Assembly: GCA_012295275.1 (NCBI GenBank)
Contig: CM022672.1
Span: forward strand, 30,132,001-30,196,000
Direction: 5' to 3'
DNA length: 64,000 nucleotides
DNA from: Chrysomallon squamiferum
Lineage: Eukaryota > Animalia > Mollusca
Shown: piece by piece, positions 12,159 to 24,918 of the stretch
Numbering within the stretch: position 1 is the first letter of the stretch
Layout of the letters: the number at the start of each line of letters is the position of its first letter
Position numbers and translations under genes: made by a program
The notes under the pieces: model-generated
What the model was told of the DNA's origin: nothing
What the model saw: only the letters and a program-made list of their open reading frames with translations
The model's database searches: none

Positions 12159-14894
12159 CAGATTATTTCACATTTTAATGATTCCTTCCTAGAGATTATT
12201 TTCATCGTCAGAAGGAAACTATTGTTAAAAAATCAAAATAAATACAGCTTGAATAAATGAGTATATTTCAAGTCATTGTTTTATTGTTTTTTCTTTCTAT
12301 CTGAATATAGAAAGTTTATATAATAAAGGTATATAAAACAAGAGGAATGTATGTATCGTGCTGTATCATGAGAAAATTGTCATTTATAATGGTTTGTATA
12401 TCTATACATGTATACAGGAGGGGAGGGGTTCAGGTGGGCTGAAAGTATATTGTGGGCTGTATAACCATAAATGGTAGGTAGAATAATGTTGGAATAGTGT
12501 TGATACATTTCTATATGGATTTAGTATCAGTGCCCTTGGTAGGGCTGAAAATGGATTAATTAGTCAGTTCAATATTTGTTTTTAATTTGTGAATTTAACT
12601 ATCTGGAACCAATTTCTTGCTCAGTTCAATAATTAAAAAGATCATTTCATTGTTAACCTGCATTAAGTAAACTCGTGTATTAAAACAAAATATTTTTTAC
12701 ATACAAATCATACACTGTTATTGGAACCTCGTTAATGAAAAAGTAATAAAGATGTTTAAAAACGTATTTTTTTTTCAAATTTATAATTAATTGTGATATT
12801 TCAAAACCAAACAGCATTAATATATTTTTCTAATTTATATCCTAATTAACTTTTACTCTTACAGACATCAGCAAACTATCTGTCAAATTCTATCTTCTGT
12901 TCATTTATACTGCTCAGACCAACTTTAATATGGCTTGACACCATCCAGTTGTTTGCAGAAGATACGTCAATGACATCATTGCATGGACTTTTTGTGATGT
13001 ACTGAAAATGTCGTGCAATTATAACTTTATTTTATTTTTTATTTTATTTTCAAGGATTTCTAGTGTTGGGCACATTATCTGGTTTCCCCAGTGTGAAATA
13101 ATTGAATAAAACTCACTTTCCAATAGTGTTAGAAAACAGAAGGAAAAAATTTAAAAATAATAAAATCACACACACACATACACATATAAACAGAAATGCA
13201 TTGTTATTTAAATATTTATTCACAAATATTAAAATAGAGTTTCAAAAATTTATAGTATGAAATTTCAAAACAAAGACTACATACAAAATTAACTTTTATG
13301 TTAAGAAAAAAATACAGCTGAATGTATGTTAAAATAAAGAAATAAATGATACAATAATAATGATGATAATAAAAAGTAGATGTTCTTATTAATCTCAGAA
13401 TGTGGATGCTGCCATTATTAATCTGTTACAATGAGCAATTAAAAGAATTATGAAGTTAAGTAAAAATTTAAGGCATACTGACTTTATATCAGCATTTGAA
13501 TTTACCCAAGATTTTGTGATGTCCACCAGTTTTTTGGTTAAATTCTTACCCTCATAATGGTGTCTACAATGTTTGTTAAAAACAACATCACCATGGAAAT
13601 GTATTTCAATAAATCCCTGATACTGGAGTGCATGACATTAATATAAAAAAAACAATGATCGTTTATTTTATTTTTCTTAGATCAAAAGACAAACATTATA
13701 AAAATAGATAAATAGAAATAAATTTTTACTCATATATATATATGAGTAAAAATAAATATCTGTAAATAATGATAAAAAAAAAATTATAAATAAAACAGAC
13801 AAATAAAAATAGATATTTGTATAATCATACCTAACAGTATTTTATTATTAATAATTAACAAGGTAGTCAGAGGTGGTCAAACATATTTTTTATGTGCCCT
13901 GATATAAAAAAAGAAACCTGCATTAGTACACACATAAGTCCTGTGTTACAGATTTCCTGTGTGAATAATTATTACTTTACAGTGAGCAGGGTTACCCAAC
14001 TGTCAACCTCCATTACATACCTGCCCAACAATCAACAGCAAGGAATCTTTTATATGCTCTTTCTAACACACAGAAAAGCACAAGATACCCTTTTTCATTA
14101 ACCAATCATGCAGCAGTGGCTGGATTGGGAAAAAGTCTCTGAGATCTGCATTAAGTTAACAAAAAAAATATATCTATTTCTTCATACTTTAAAAACTTAT
14201 AATTTATCATAAAGTAATGTTCTTTACAATTTTATGTTATAACTTGTAATATAGATATGAAATTTTTTGCAAAATTCAAAATGGTCAGAAACTGACTCAG
14301 TGAAAACAGCCAAGGCCATAACTAGACAGTTCTTGAAATGAGACAAAAACACTTAGTCACTGATATTGATGTCTGACGTCTTTGAAGTCAGTTATGTCTT
14401 TCATCACAAGAAGACTTCAAACAGAAACCACAGACACAAACGAATTCATTCAGTGGATATCATTTCTATCAGAGTAGAGATTTATATTTTATAATTTTAA
14501 AATAAAATCTTTGAAATAAAAAAAATAAAAATTGTCAGTTTGCCTCATTTGTCACAGCGCGTTACAGGCCTAACAGCAGTTACAAACTGACAAACGTCAA
14601 GTTAATAATTACTTGCTTTTGTTACAATTACCATTGTTATATACTGATGAATTTTTGTTGTTGTTGTTTGTTCTATTATTATTATATTTTTTTAAATATC
14701 TATGACATGCATTTTATTTCATGTCATACTGTTTTTTTATATATCTCACAATAACATTATAGATAACAAAAATAATAATGTATACTAATAAATTACAGTA
14801 TATTACAGTGATTTGGAATATTTTATGACATGATATTTTAATAATGACATCAGATAATATATCAGAATATTACAATGATATTTAGTCAATGGTA

Positions 14895-15198
14895 TAGGCT
14901 GAGGATTCCTTATCCAAATTCCAAACTCTAAAACTTTTTTCCAAGCAGAAGAAACAGAGATACCTTACAGTTTTTTTATTGTTCTGCTAACATAAACTTT
15001 ATACTATGTCCCAAAGTATTCAAACTATTATTTTAAAAAATCCTGCAAACCACTTGTATAAGCTGTAAATGAACTACAAATGGAATTTATATTTAGACTC
15101 AGATCCTATTCTCTATTCTTATATTCCTAAATCACAAAAATTCTGAAATCTGAAACATTTCCAGAAACCAAGCATTTTGGATAAAGGTTTCTCAGCAT
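14895..15198. mobile_element. Tigger/pogo-type MITE (MER46/Tigger4-like)
   Basis: taggctgaggattccttatcca ... ccaagcattttggataaaggtttctcagcata are imperfect TIRs in a TA context. Internal ccaaactctaaaactttt and ctgaaatctgaaacattt resemble MER46-type ends. Confidence 0.55.
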
Positions 15199-15468
15199 AT
15201 AACTTGATTTTACATTTAATTCTTTGTGTTGCCTGCTCACCTAATATATTCTTTAAGACATAAAAAAAAATGGTTTCCTGAAAAGTCTCATTTAAATGTT
15301 AAGAACATAAGTAAATCATGGTTACATTGCATAGATTATGATACAACATCTTTCAGTGACATCATATTATCAAAATGACATCACAGTTATGTTAATGAGG
15401 TATCACATGTTTCAGTGATATTGCATGTAATTATGACATGAATGACTCTGATCTCTCCATGCTGGTTT

Positions 15469-17083
15469 TCACGTCAGGTCTTGTTTGAGCTGTAGAAACT
15501 GTTTTCCAGAAAAGTCTCGTTTAATTCCACGAGGCAGTCCTCGGCACGATGTCAGATTGATCGAGTTCAGACTGGGACACCTCTTTAGAACAAACCTAAA
15601 ACAAAAACAACCTGGAACTTTATTTTACATTGATCGAGTTCAGACTGGGACATCTCTTTAGAACAAACCTAAAACAAAACAACCTGTGACTTTATTTTAC
15701 ATTGATTGAGTTCAGACTGGGACACCTCTTTAGAACAAACCTAAAACAAAAACAACAAAAACAACCTGGAACTTTATTTTACACTGATTGAGTTCAGACT
15801 GGGACATCTCTTTAGAACAAACCTAAAATAAAAACAACCTAGAACTTTATTTTACATTGATTGAGTTCAGACTGGGACACCTCTTTAGAACAAACCTGAA
15901 ACAAAAACAACCTGTGACTTTATTTTACATTGATTGAGTTCAGACTGGGACATCTCTTTAGAACAAACCTAAAATAAAAACAACCTAGAACTTTATTTTA
16001 CATTGATTGAGTTCAGACTGGGACACCTCTTTAGAACAAACCTGAAACAAAAACAACCTGTGACTTTTATTTTACATTGATTGAGTTCAGACTGGGACAT
16101 CTCTTTAGAACAAACCTAAAATAAAAACAACCTAGAACTTTATTTTACACTGATTGAGTTCAGACTGGGACACCTCTTTAGAACAAACCTAAAACAAAAA
16201 CAACAAAAACAACCTGGAACTTTATTTTACACTGATTGAGTTCAGACTGGGACACCTCTTTAGAACAAACCTAAAACAAAACAACCTTTTGATTGAGTTC
16301 AGACTGGGACACCTCTTTAGAACAAACCTAAAACAAAAACAACCTGGAACTTTATTTTACATTGATCGAGTTCAGACTGGGACACTTCTTTAGAACAAAC
16401 CTAAAACAAAACAACCTGGAACTTTATTTTACATTTTACTGTTACATCCCATACACATATCATTAAGTTTACATTTTACTATTAGACAACCCAGACACAT
16501 ACTTAAATTTAGATTTTACTATTAGTAATGGTCATTATTTAACTATTACTAATGGTCATTGTTTGATTATTACTAATGGTCATTATTTGACTATTATTAA
16601 GGGTCATTGTTTGACTATTACCAATGGTAGCTGTTTACTGACCTGATGGACATTATGCTGACCGATGTCCCTGCTAGATTCAGTGTGTGTATTGGAGAAC
16701 TGACTGAACCAGAGGCGAGAGCTTTCAGAGCCACGTCAAGAATTTCAGTCGGGTAACTGTTCCACGAGAGATCTAGATCCGTCAAACTGTGTCTCCACTG
16801 CAGTGTTTCATTATTATTATTATTATTATTATTATGATTATAACAGCAATAATAAAAATGACAGTTGTAACATTAGTAAAAACAATAAATTATAACTGTA
16901 GCAGTACTAGTACTAATAATAATAATTAGCATATCAACAGAAACATTAATAACACTGAAAATAAAAATAATATGACAAGAGTAATAACAACAAAATAACA
17001 ATAACAAAAGCATTAATAATTATCAGTGTAAAATTCATATTAATAAAATAAATAATGTTGATGATTATAATAATGAAAATGAA

Positions 17084-17121
<38 letters not shown>

Positions 17122-19584
17122 AAATATAATTTTAATATTACAAAATATTATCATTATTAGTACCAAAATAATAACAAGAAATAAAATAAAATAATAAAAT
17201 CATCATTAACCATATTAATACTAACACTATTAATAATAATCATAAAATTAGACAAAATCAAATCATCATTAAATCAGCAAATAAAATAATACTAATACTA
17301 ATAATATATACATATGTATATATATAGATAGATAGATAGATAGATACTGTTAATACTAATACTGTATATATTCTATTAGTACTAATAATATAGATAAACT
17401 ATTAATACTAATAATATACTTTTAATATTAATAATATGCATATACTATTAATATTAACCATGTACAAATATTATTAATGTTAATAATATACACACATATT
17501 TGACATGTGAAATACCTTGGTAATCAGTGGTTTGAAATCTTGGTAACTGTTGGATTTGATCACAGAACTCTGAGACAGATACAGCTGCTGAACGCTGCAG
17601 GCAGGCAGACTGAGCAGAGCGCTGCTGGTGAGGTTGCCGCAGCCACGCAGATCAAGTAGCCGTAGTTTTGTTGATGTCACCAACATTCTGCCGAAATAAT
17701 TCACAGAACATTTAGAAACTAATAGAATGGAAAACAAACATAAAACTATTTTTTTGAGTAATTTATGATATTTACATCAGTCATTTCATTACATGTATAT
17801 TTTCTTTGTTTTTCCGTTGCTCATGACCATTCTTTGCTAAAAATAAAGTATGATAATAAAATAATATGAAAAGGCTGCACTAAACATCCAGTCATGTCTG
17901 ACTTCTCATTTCCTTCATCAATAAACAACGAACTATCTTCATAATGTTTTCTTGCAAGCTCAGCTGGTTTCAGTTTTAAGTAATTTCACTAGTTTCATGA
18001 AATGACACGTTTACTGCAGTATCAAAACTCAGTGAATAATCAACCATATTCACTACATTTAATGTATATCATTCATTCTTAACATGTAGGTTGGGGTGTA
18101 TGTTGCTCCCTTTTGTGCCTGGTACATTAGGAAGGGGGACACGGACTGGTAAATATGAGAAGATTTTCTGTCCATCTGTTTATGTTTAATCCTTGTTTGA
18201 TGAGGGGGGAGTATGAACCTGACAAGACACCCTAAAAGGGACATGAGCCAAAAGAAAGTTTTAGATTGGCTCATTTGTACTGGTCCATTTGTGCAAAATA
18301 TACAGACCAACTGCTTGTCCTGAAAACCAAACCATTAATCCCAGACAAAGAGACAAGTATTAGTGTTCTTCTCTACTTTTTAAAAAAAGAGTCAAAAAGA
18401 CTGCTCCAGACAGTGTTACCTCTGAATGAAGTTATCATTAATTCCCAATCCGACATTCATTCCTGTTGTTGTGGTATCACTAACAGCAAGACTGAGTTCT
18501 TCCAGGTCTGGAAATCCACTAGACTCAGTCTAATAAGAAACAGACAAACATTATCTATGTGTTAGTAATGACAGAAATATCTTAAATTAAGAATATAAAA
18601 GAATAAAATAAATATGCATCTGAAAATCACATTATCTATGTCTTACTAATGGCAGAAGAAAATTAAATATGTATTTAATATATATAATACAGATATAAAT
18701 CTGAAATTTACATTATTATACACAAACATACACACAAACACACATATACTGAGACACAGTCACACAGATAGACATACATACACACAGACACGTACACAGA
18801 ATGACCCACTATACACATACTCAGAAGTTCTGACACACACACACACACACGCACAAAATTATACAGACACACAGCTAGAAACACACACACAGACACATAA
18901 AATATACAACACACACAACATCTCACAATTTATCTCACAATTTATTTACAACTCAAAAAAAGCGAATCATGATAATCATAAAAATGTCGTAATCGTTTAA
19001 GATAATCAAACATAATCAAGGTGAGTATGAAACTATGATATGTAATGTTAATCACAACATCATCACATCATCGTCATCATCTTCATCATCATCACCTACA
19101 CCAACCTTCTGTGTTACTGCTGTAGCTCTGAATTTTGAATTAGCAAACCGAATCACTCGAAGTTTGCGGCAGCTTGTCTGAAGTTTCTCGATATTCAGTG
19201 AAACAAAATCAGATGAAAAACTTGCATTGGAAATGTCCAAGTGTTCCAGATTACAACATGAGATCTGTGAAAATAAAATTAAAAATAATCTGCTATCTGG
19301 ATTTTTGTGATTATAATATGATAATAGATATAAAACAAAACAAAAATAATAAAAATAAAAAATAAATTCTTTAAATAAACAAATAAACAAATAAACAATT
19401 GGGTATCAAGATTTTATGATATAATTTATTTAAACCCAAACATCTCTGAATGTATCAGATTATAATGTGTTAAAATAAATAATGATAATAATAATAATAA
19501 TAATGATAATAATAAATAAATAAATAAATAAATAAATAATATCTGGATATCAAAATTATTTGAGATATGTAAAAAATATCATAG

Positions 19585-19618
<34 letters not shown>

Positions 19619-21767
19619 AAAACAACAACAACAACAATAATAATAAGATAAATAAATAAATAAAATATGAATATCAAGATTACATCAGAAATGTAAAAAC
19701 AAAAATCTCCAGATTTTTAAGAACACAATGTATTTTGTGTTGTTATTTTTTTATTCACTGATTGCTGTTTTAAATTTTCTTTTTCACTTTGTTTTCTCTT
19801 TTTCTTCTTCTTACCATCAACTGATTAAGTATGGCAGCGAAAGCTTTAAAATTATTTCCTCCAATATTGAGCAGTCGTAGATGTGACCCAACTGACCCTA
19901 ACACACGATTCAAACACGAAGGTGACGTGGCGTCAGTCTGTAATAATAGTAAAATAAAACTGTAAAAACAATTAAAATATTAAACAATAAAAATCTAAAT
20001 AACAGCATCAGTCTGTAATAATAGTAAAATAATACTGTTAAAAAACATTTAAAATATTAAAAAATATCAATCTAAATAACAGCATCAGTCTGTAAAAATA
20101 ATACTGTAAAAAAACATTTAAAATGTTAAAAAATAAAAATTTTAAATAACAGCATGCGTTAGTGGTATTATTATTATCAGTATTAGTAGTAGGAGTAGTA
20201 ATAGGAGCAGTAATAATAAAAAATATTATTTGTACCATGCATTAGTCTAATAATAATGATACAATGAAAATAATAATAATAATAACACCAATAATAATAA
20301 TATTGAAAATGATAAGATACCAATAACAGTAACAACAATAATAACAATAATAATAACAATAATTAATACTCACTGATGTGAAAGCTAACTCTAACTCTGC
20401 CAGATCTTTGCACTGATCAACCAATGAAATGACAGCATCACTGCTCAGTTTTGTGCAGTATGATAGGTTGATGGATTCCAAGAGGGGGCACTTTTCAGCC
20501 AATAACTTCAAAGGAGATATAATCATACATGCACAGTGATTGGTTAAAAGATTTTCACACAGGATATTTGATGATCCATCAGTTTAATAAAGAAACAGTA
20601 TGAATCAATACAATTAATTTGATCTAAACAATGTGTGTGTGTGAGTGTGTTATTTTTTAATACAGAGAAAATAACTGTTTGGAAGTAAAAAAATAGACTT
20701 AAGCTTATTGTAAGAATCATATATTTCCACTTTAAAATAAACAAAATAAGCAATCAGTCTGAAGGATAATACAATAAAAACTTAATGCAAATCGCAAGAT
20801 CTCGCCAAAATAGCCCTACTTGCAAATTGGTGGACTAAAGCAATTGTGCTGTAATGGGAGGCCATGATCAGTGTTCAGTTATTAACTGTTCCAATCGCAA
20901 ACGTCTAGGAAATGCATATTGGAAACGTGTGTGGGTAATGGCTTCATGTAGAATTTAAAAAGATTTTAATGTTACAGCAAACATGAGGGTTTGTTAAGCA
21001 GATTTTTAAGGTGGGAAATCGGTGAACGACAAGAAACATGTGGACTATATACCCATCCTGAATATGGGACAGGAAATTGTCACAACACCTAGGGTAACAA
21101 AAAACAAATAAAATGAACGACATTGTTCAGATAATTCAGAGAACAACAGTTTCAGTTATGTTCTTAATTATTCAGTCTACTCAACTAGTTGAGGTGTTGG
21201 TTGCTGGCAGTGACAAATAGCAGCGGTTGTACAAGTATGTAGGTGTTTGTGTGTGTATGTGAGTAAAGCATACAATCTTCAATAAAACAACTGTATGTTA
21301 CTCTGAACCAAATGATTTATTTATAGAAAAATTTTTAAGCATAAAGTATTTATACTTGTGAGTGTTTGCATTAATTACACCTAACAATAACTGTAATCAG
21401 ACAAGTAAGGAAATAAGTTGCTCACATTTCCTTCATAAACAAAAGATTTACTGTATGTTTTGTTTGTTGAATATAGTATGTGGCCATATTGTCAGAGTTC
21501 AGTTAGAGATGTGTCTGCTACAAAGGTATAAATACTCTGGCTGTAAATGGTATCGCTACAGAGACTTGCTGAACAAACAAGTTATTACCAATGTTTGCAG
21601 TGCATCTGTTGGGGAGGGGCACCTGCTACCCCTAGTACATAAGAATACAGGCTCCCATTTTTATAGATGGGGGATGATAGGCTGGATAACAGCATTTATG
21701 TATATTAATATTATGCTTACTCATACATAGAGAAACAAATTATATATAATTTATATATACACACACA

Positions 21768-21825
<58 letters not shown>

Positions 21826-23670
21826 CAGTGGTACCTTGAACTACAAGTTTAATTCATTCCATGACCCAGCTCATAACTCAATTTGCTCGTATATCAAATC
21901 AATTTTCCCAAATGAAATTAATTGAAATATCATTAATCCATTCCATCATCCCAAAAACGACCCCAGTTTTTTGTAGCCTGTTTTTAAATAAGAAAAATGT
22001 ATTCATAAATTATTAATATTGTATAAAAACAAAAGAGAATGTAAAGAAATAAATTGATTTTGTAGTGTACAGGGTTAGGTTTTCTCCATCTTTTCATGGT
22101 CAGAGGTCCACAGCTTATAAATTATTTTAATGCCTTTGGCTGGACTTACATCCTTTATCGACTCCTTCTGCTTCAGTATGGTACACATCGTAAAAGTACT
22201 ACACTCGTACTGCCTAGCCATGTTGACTACATGCACACCTCTCATGTTTTTCATTGATTTCATGCTTTAATTCAATGGACATCATCCACTTTTTCTTGTC
22301 AGCACTGTCTTTGCACTCACTTTCTTAGTGCAGAAAACGCAAGCACAACACAACAGAGAAGCTTCCACAGCGAGACAACAATGTCAAGCAATTGAGTGAG
22401 ACGCGGGATGCTGGGCAGATGTTGTGTTGTTCGTTGCGCCAACTAGCAGCGGTGTATCTGAAGCTTGCTCATAACTCGGATTCTGTATTACAACTCAGAC
22501 CAAAAAACTGACCGGGCGACTTCTCGTAACTCGGAAAACTTGTAAGTCGGAGCACTCGTAAGTCAAGATACCACTGTATATAACACACACACACACACAC
22601 GTACATGCATACATGATATACTGAGATGCAAAAATACACCCTGATTTTGACATGGGGGGTATTTACAATATTTATGCATGCATAAACAAATTATCTGAGA
22701 AATATTTATAACTTTTCAAACTTTTAAACGCTCGTATGGAAATCCTGTCAAATGTTCAGTTTGTACTTTTTAATGAAATAGTCTTTTAATCTGGCGTTAT
22801 CAAAATGTGAAATACCTTAATTGCAGATGTAGACAGTTTTTTCCATGAAGACAAGTTGATACTCCTGCACTGGGAGAGTCTATTACTGCACAGCCAATTG
22901 ATGGTCTGGTCCTGAGCTTTAATCCACCCATAGGACAAGTCAACTTTCTGCCATAGGGATGGATGGCAGGTGTGTTCATGCCACAAATGACAAACCTTAG
23001 CAGCCCTGAAAAATAAACCAAAATGAATTAGAACGTTTTTCCCTGTTATTAAATATATCTTTACAACAATTTATTTTAAAAAAATAAAAAAAATAAAAAA
23101 TTTATTAATTTCACCTGCAGAGAAATGGCAAAGCTCCACCACTGTTGACTGCAAAGTGAAAAATCTTCAACCAAATTTCTGGAGGCAAGGACGGAACAGA
23201 AAGATTCTTAACGGCTGCATCAAACTCAGTCTTTGATGAGTTTTTGGACCGTGTGTCACTTTTGTCAGAAAGCTCAGTCTGGCCGTCAGCTTCTTTGTGT
23301 TTTTTCTTCTTTGAGTGTTTACATCTTTTTCTCACTTTTGATAAACTATAAATTAAAAACAAAAATAAAATATTAAATAAAATAACACATATGTGTGTGT
23401 GTATGATTGTACACATATATACAGGGTTTCCATAAAGTTACTACAGAGTTATTTGTAATAAAGAAATGTCATGTTTAGACCAAAAAATTATCAGAAAATA
23501 AATGTATTACAACAGAAAATATTCTAATAATATAAGTAATCGATTTTATTTACTACAGTTATAATAAATGTTCGATTGTAAGCCATCAGCTTCAATGCAT
23601 TAGACAACATGAAAGCACACTATGACAAACTGTATAGTAACTTGAAAAACACCCCATATATATGTATGTA

Positions 23671-23713
<43 letters not shown>

Positions 23714-24194
23714 AATATTAATAAATGTTAAAATTAGTATTTTGTAAATTAATATGAGATTTGGTTACATTGTGAAGTTAAATGATTAATTAATTCACAT
23801 CATTAACAGATTATTTATTTTCATTAATTTCATTATTTTTATTATTTATTTATTTATGTAAGATTATGAAGATAACTGATTTATTTACTGTCATTATTTT
23901 ATTTTAATTATTTTTATTTATTCATTTATTTATTTGTTTATTTATTATTACTTTTCAAGAATGATTGTTCTCCAAAGAAACACGTTTAAATGGGTGCTCT
24001 GATCTATGTGAAACGAGTGTCTACCTGTTCTTTTTCTTGTCGAGGCTGGACGAACTGTCGTCAGGGAGGTAGTCGGAATCGTCAGACTCATCAGACGGCC
24101 ACTCATCTCCTTTTCGAACGTTGAACGAAAACAAAATCTGGTTCTTAGGGTCTTTATTGTAACCAAGTATTCCTCTTTGCCGTTTTCTGGACAT
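15469..24194 (-). CDS. FBXL6: F-box/LRR-repeat protein 6-like, 10 coding exons, ~522 aa
   Basis: Minus-strand GT-AG exons 24194-24025, 23345-23115, 23005-22816, 20505-20374, 19937-19815, 19264-19106, 18529-18420, 17687-17516, 16797-16643, 15595-15469 join in frame (1569 nt). F-box LPPEIWLKIF...ALPFLCRAAKVCHLW; LRRs GFPDLEELSLA, LRLLDLRGC, WRHSLTDLDLS; C-terminal CPSLNSINLTSCRGLPRGIKR, as in FBXL6. Confidence 0.9.
15556..16434 (-). repeat. Tandem array of 12 copies (~73-nt period) of the FBXL6 last-exon splice acceptor plus the first 40 nt of the exon (11 decoys + the real exon)
   Basis: Minus-strand unit is gtaaaataaagttccaggttgtttttgttttag|GTTTGTTCTAAAGAGGTGTCCCAGTCTGAACTC(G/A)ATCAAT. Exon-like starts at 16400, 16327, 16270, 16188, 16115, 16041, 15968, 15895, 15822, 15740, 15668 and 15595 (real). 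Confidence 0.95.
16525..16628. repeat. ~24-nt minisatellite (4-5 copies) next to the FBXL6 exon-9 donor
   Basis: taatggtcatt(a/g)ttt(g/t)actattac is repeated 4 times, plus a partial copy. Confidence 0.7.
19930..20155 (-). repeat. Three-copy tandem duplication (~75-77 nt) of the FBXL6 exon-5 acceptor plus the first 8 exon nt
   Basis: gc(g/a)tcagtctgtaa at 19930, 20005 and 20082, which is ttacag|ACTGA(C/T)GC on the minus strand. Only the 19930 copy continues into the exon. Confidence 0.8.
20854..21069 (+). mobile_element. Degenerate THAP zinc-finger coding fragment (probable transposon relic) in FBXL6 intron 3
   Basis: Broken frames read MGGHDQCSVINCSNR ... RVWVMASCR..KDFNVTANMRVC* ... GKSVNDKKHVDYIPILNMG. 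This fits the THAP pattern CxVxxC...W...R...RVC...AVPT-like box, with a stop and frameshifts. Confidence 0.55.
21826..22576 (-). mobile_element. Non-autonomous pogo/Tigger DNA transposon (deletion derivative)
   Basis: TIRs CAGTGGTACCTTGAACTACAAGT / revcomp CAGTGGTATCTTGACTTACGAGT, flanked by TA. The internal minus-strand ORF 22075-22263 (RGVHVVNMARQYECSTFTMCTILKQKESIK...) resembles the CENP-B/HTH-psq N-terminus of Tigger transposases. Confidence 0.8.
23422..23656. mobile_element. Possible Tc1/mariner-type MITE
   Basis: tacagggtttccataaagttacta ... tagtaacttgaaaaacaccccata are imperfect TIRs flanked by TA. Confidence 0.4.
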
Positions 24195-24399
24195 AACAAT
24201 CTACTCTGAAATCCAGATCAGCCTAAAAAATAACAATGAACATTCTTAAACCCACGAATACATTTTATTTTCTCCATCATCAAACTCATTCCAAACTCTT
24301 CTGTTTGTGATAGTTAAAACAGCCAATAATATTTAAAACATAATAACTGGCTGTAACTGATATTAATTGGAATATTGGTTTCAGTGCGTTGTGCAATAT

Positions 24400-24745
24400 T
24401 TAATTCCGGTCCGATTTTCACTTTTAAACTTTCCGTTTTATTCCCACCTATTTGACAGAAAGCTGTTACAGAAAAATCATATTAATTAATTAATTAATTA
24501 AATTATAATATTAATGACAATGAATGACTAGTCCACAAGGATATAAATACAGTCTAAATTTAATTAGTTGCCTTATTAAATACATACATGATACACTCAA
24601 TTTCAGTTATTCATTATATTCGCGTTCCGCATTCCAGCAAAATTCAAAGTAAAACTGCAACCGTTTACTGAAAAAAGCTACGCAACGCATTAACACCCAT
24701 AAACACTTTTCCAAACGACATTCATAACGACATCCAAAAAAAGGT
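24400..24745. promoter_or_regulatory. Probable bidirectional promoter shared by FBXL6 (-) and TTF1-like A (+)
   Basis: Head-to-head starts ~1 kb apart. A local CpG-containing patch (cgcgttccgc, ctacgcaacgc) sits in AT-rich DNA. There is a putative 5'UTR donor aaag|gtatta at ~24743. The block is retained upstream of paralog B (~42880-43190). Confidence 0.45.
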
Positions 24746-24918
24746 ATTACTTTCAGTTTCTTTTTGATTGTTTCACATAATTTAATTATGGAGTAGTCTA
24801 AAAATATATTTCTTATTTTATTTTTCCTTTATAAGGTGATAATGTAATAAATGATTGAAATGGCTACTTTGAGAATATAGAAGATTAAAAATTAGAATCG
24901 AAACATAAAACGGTCAGA

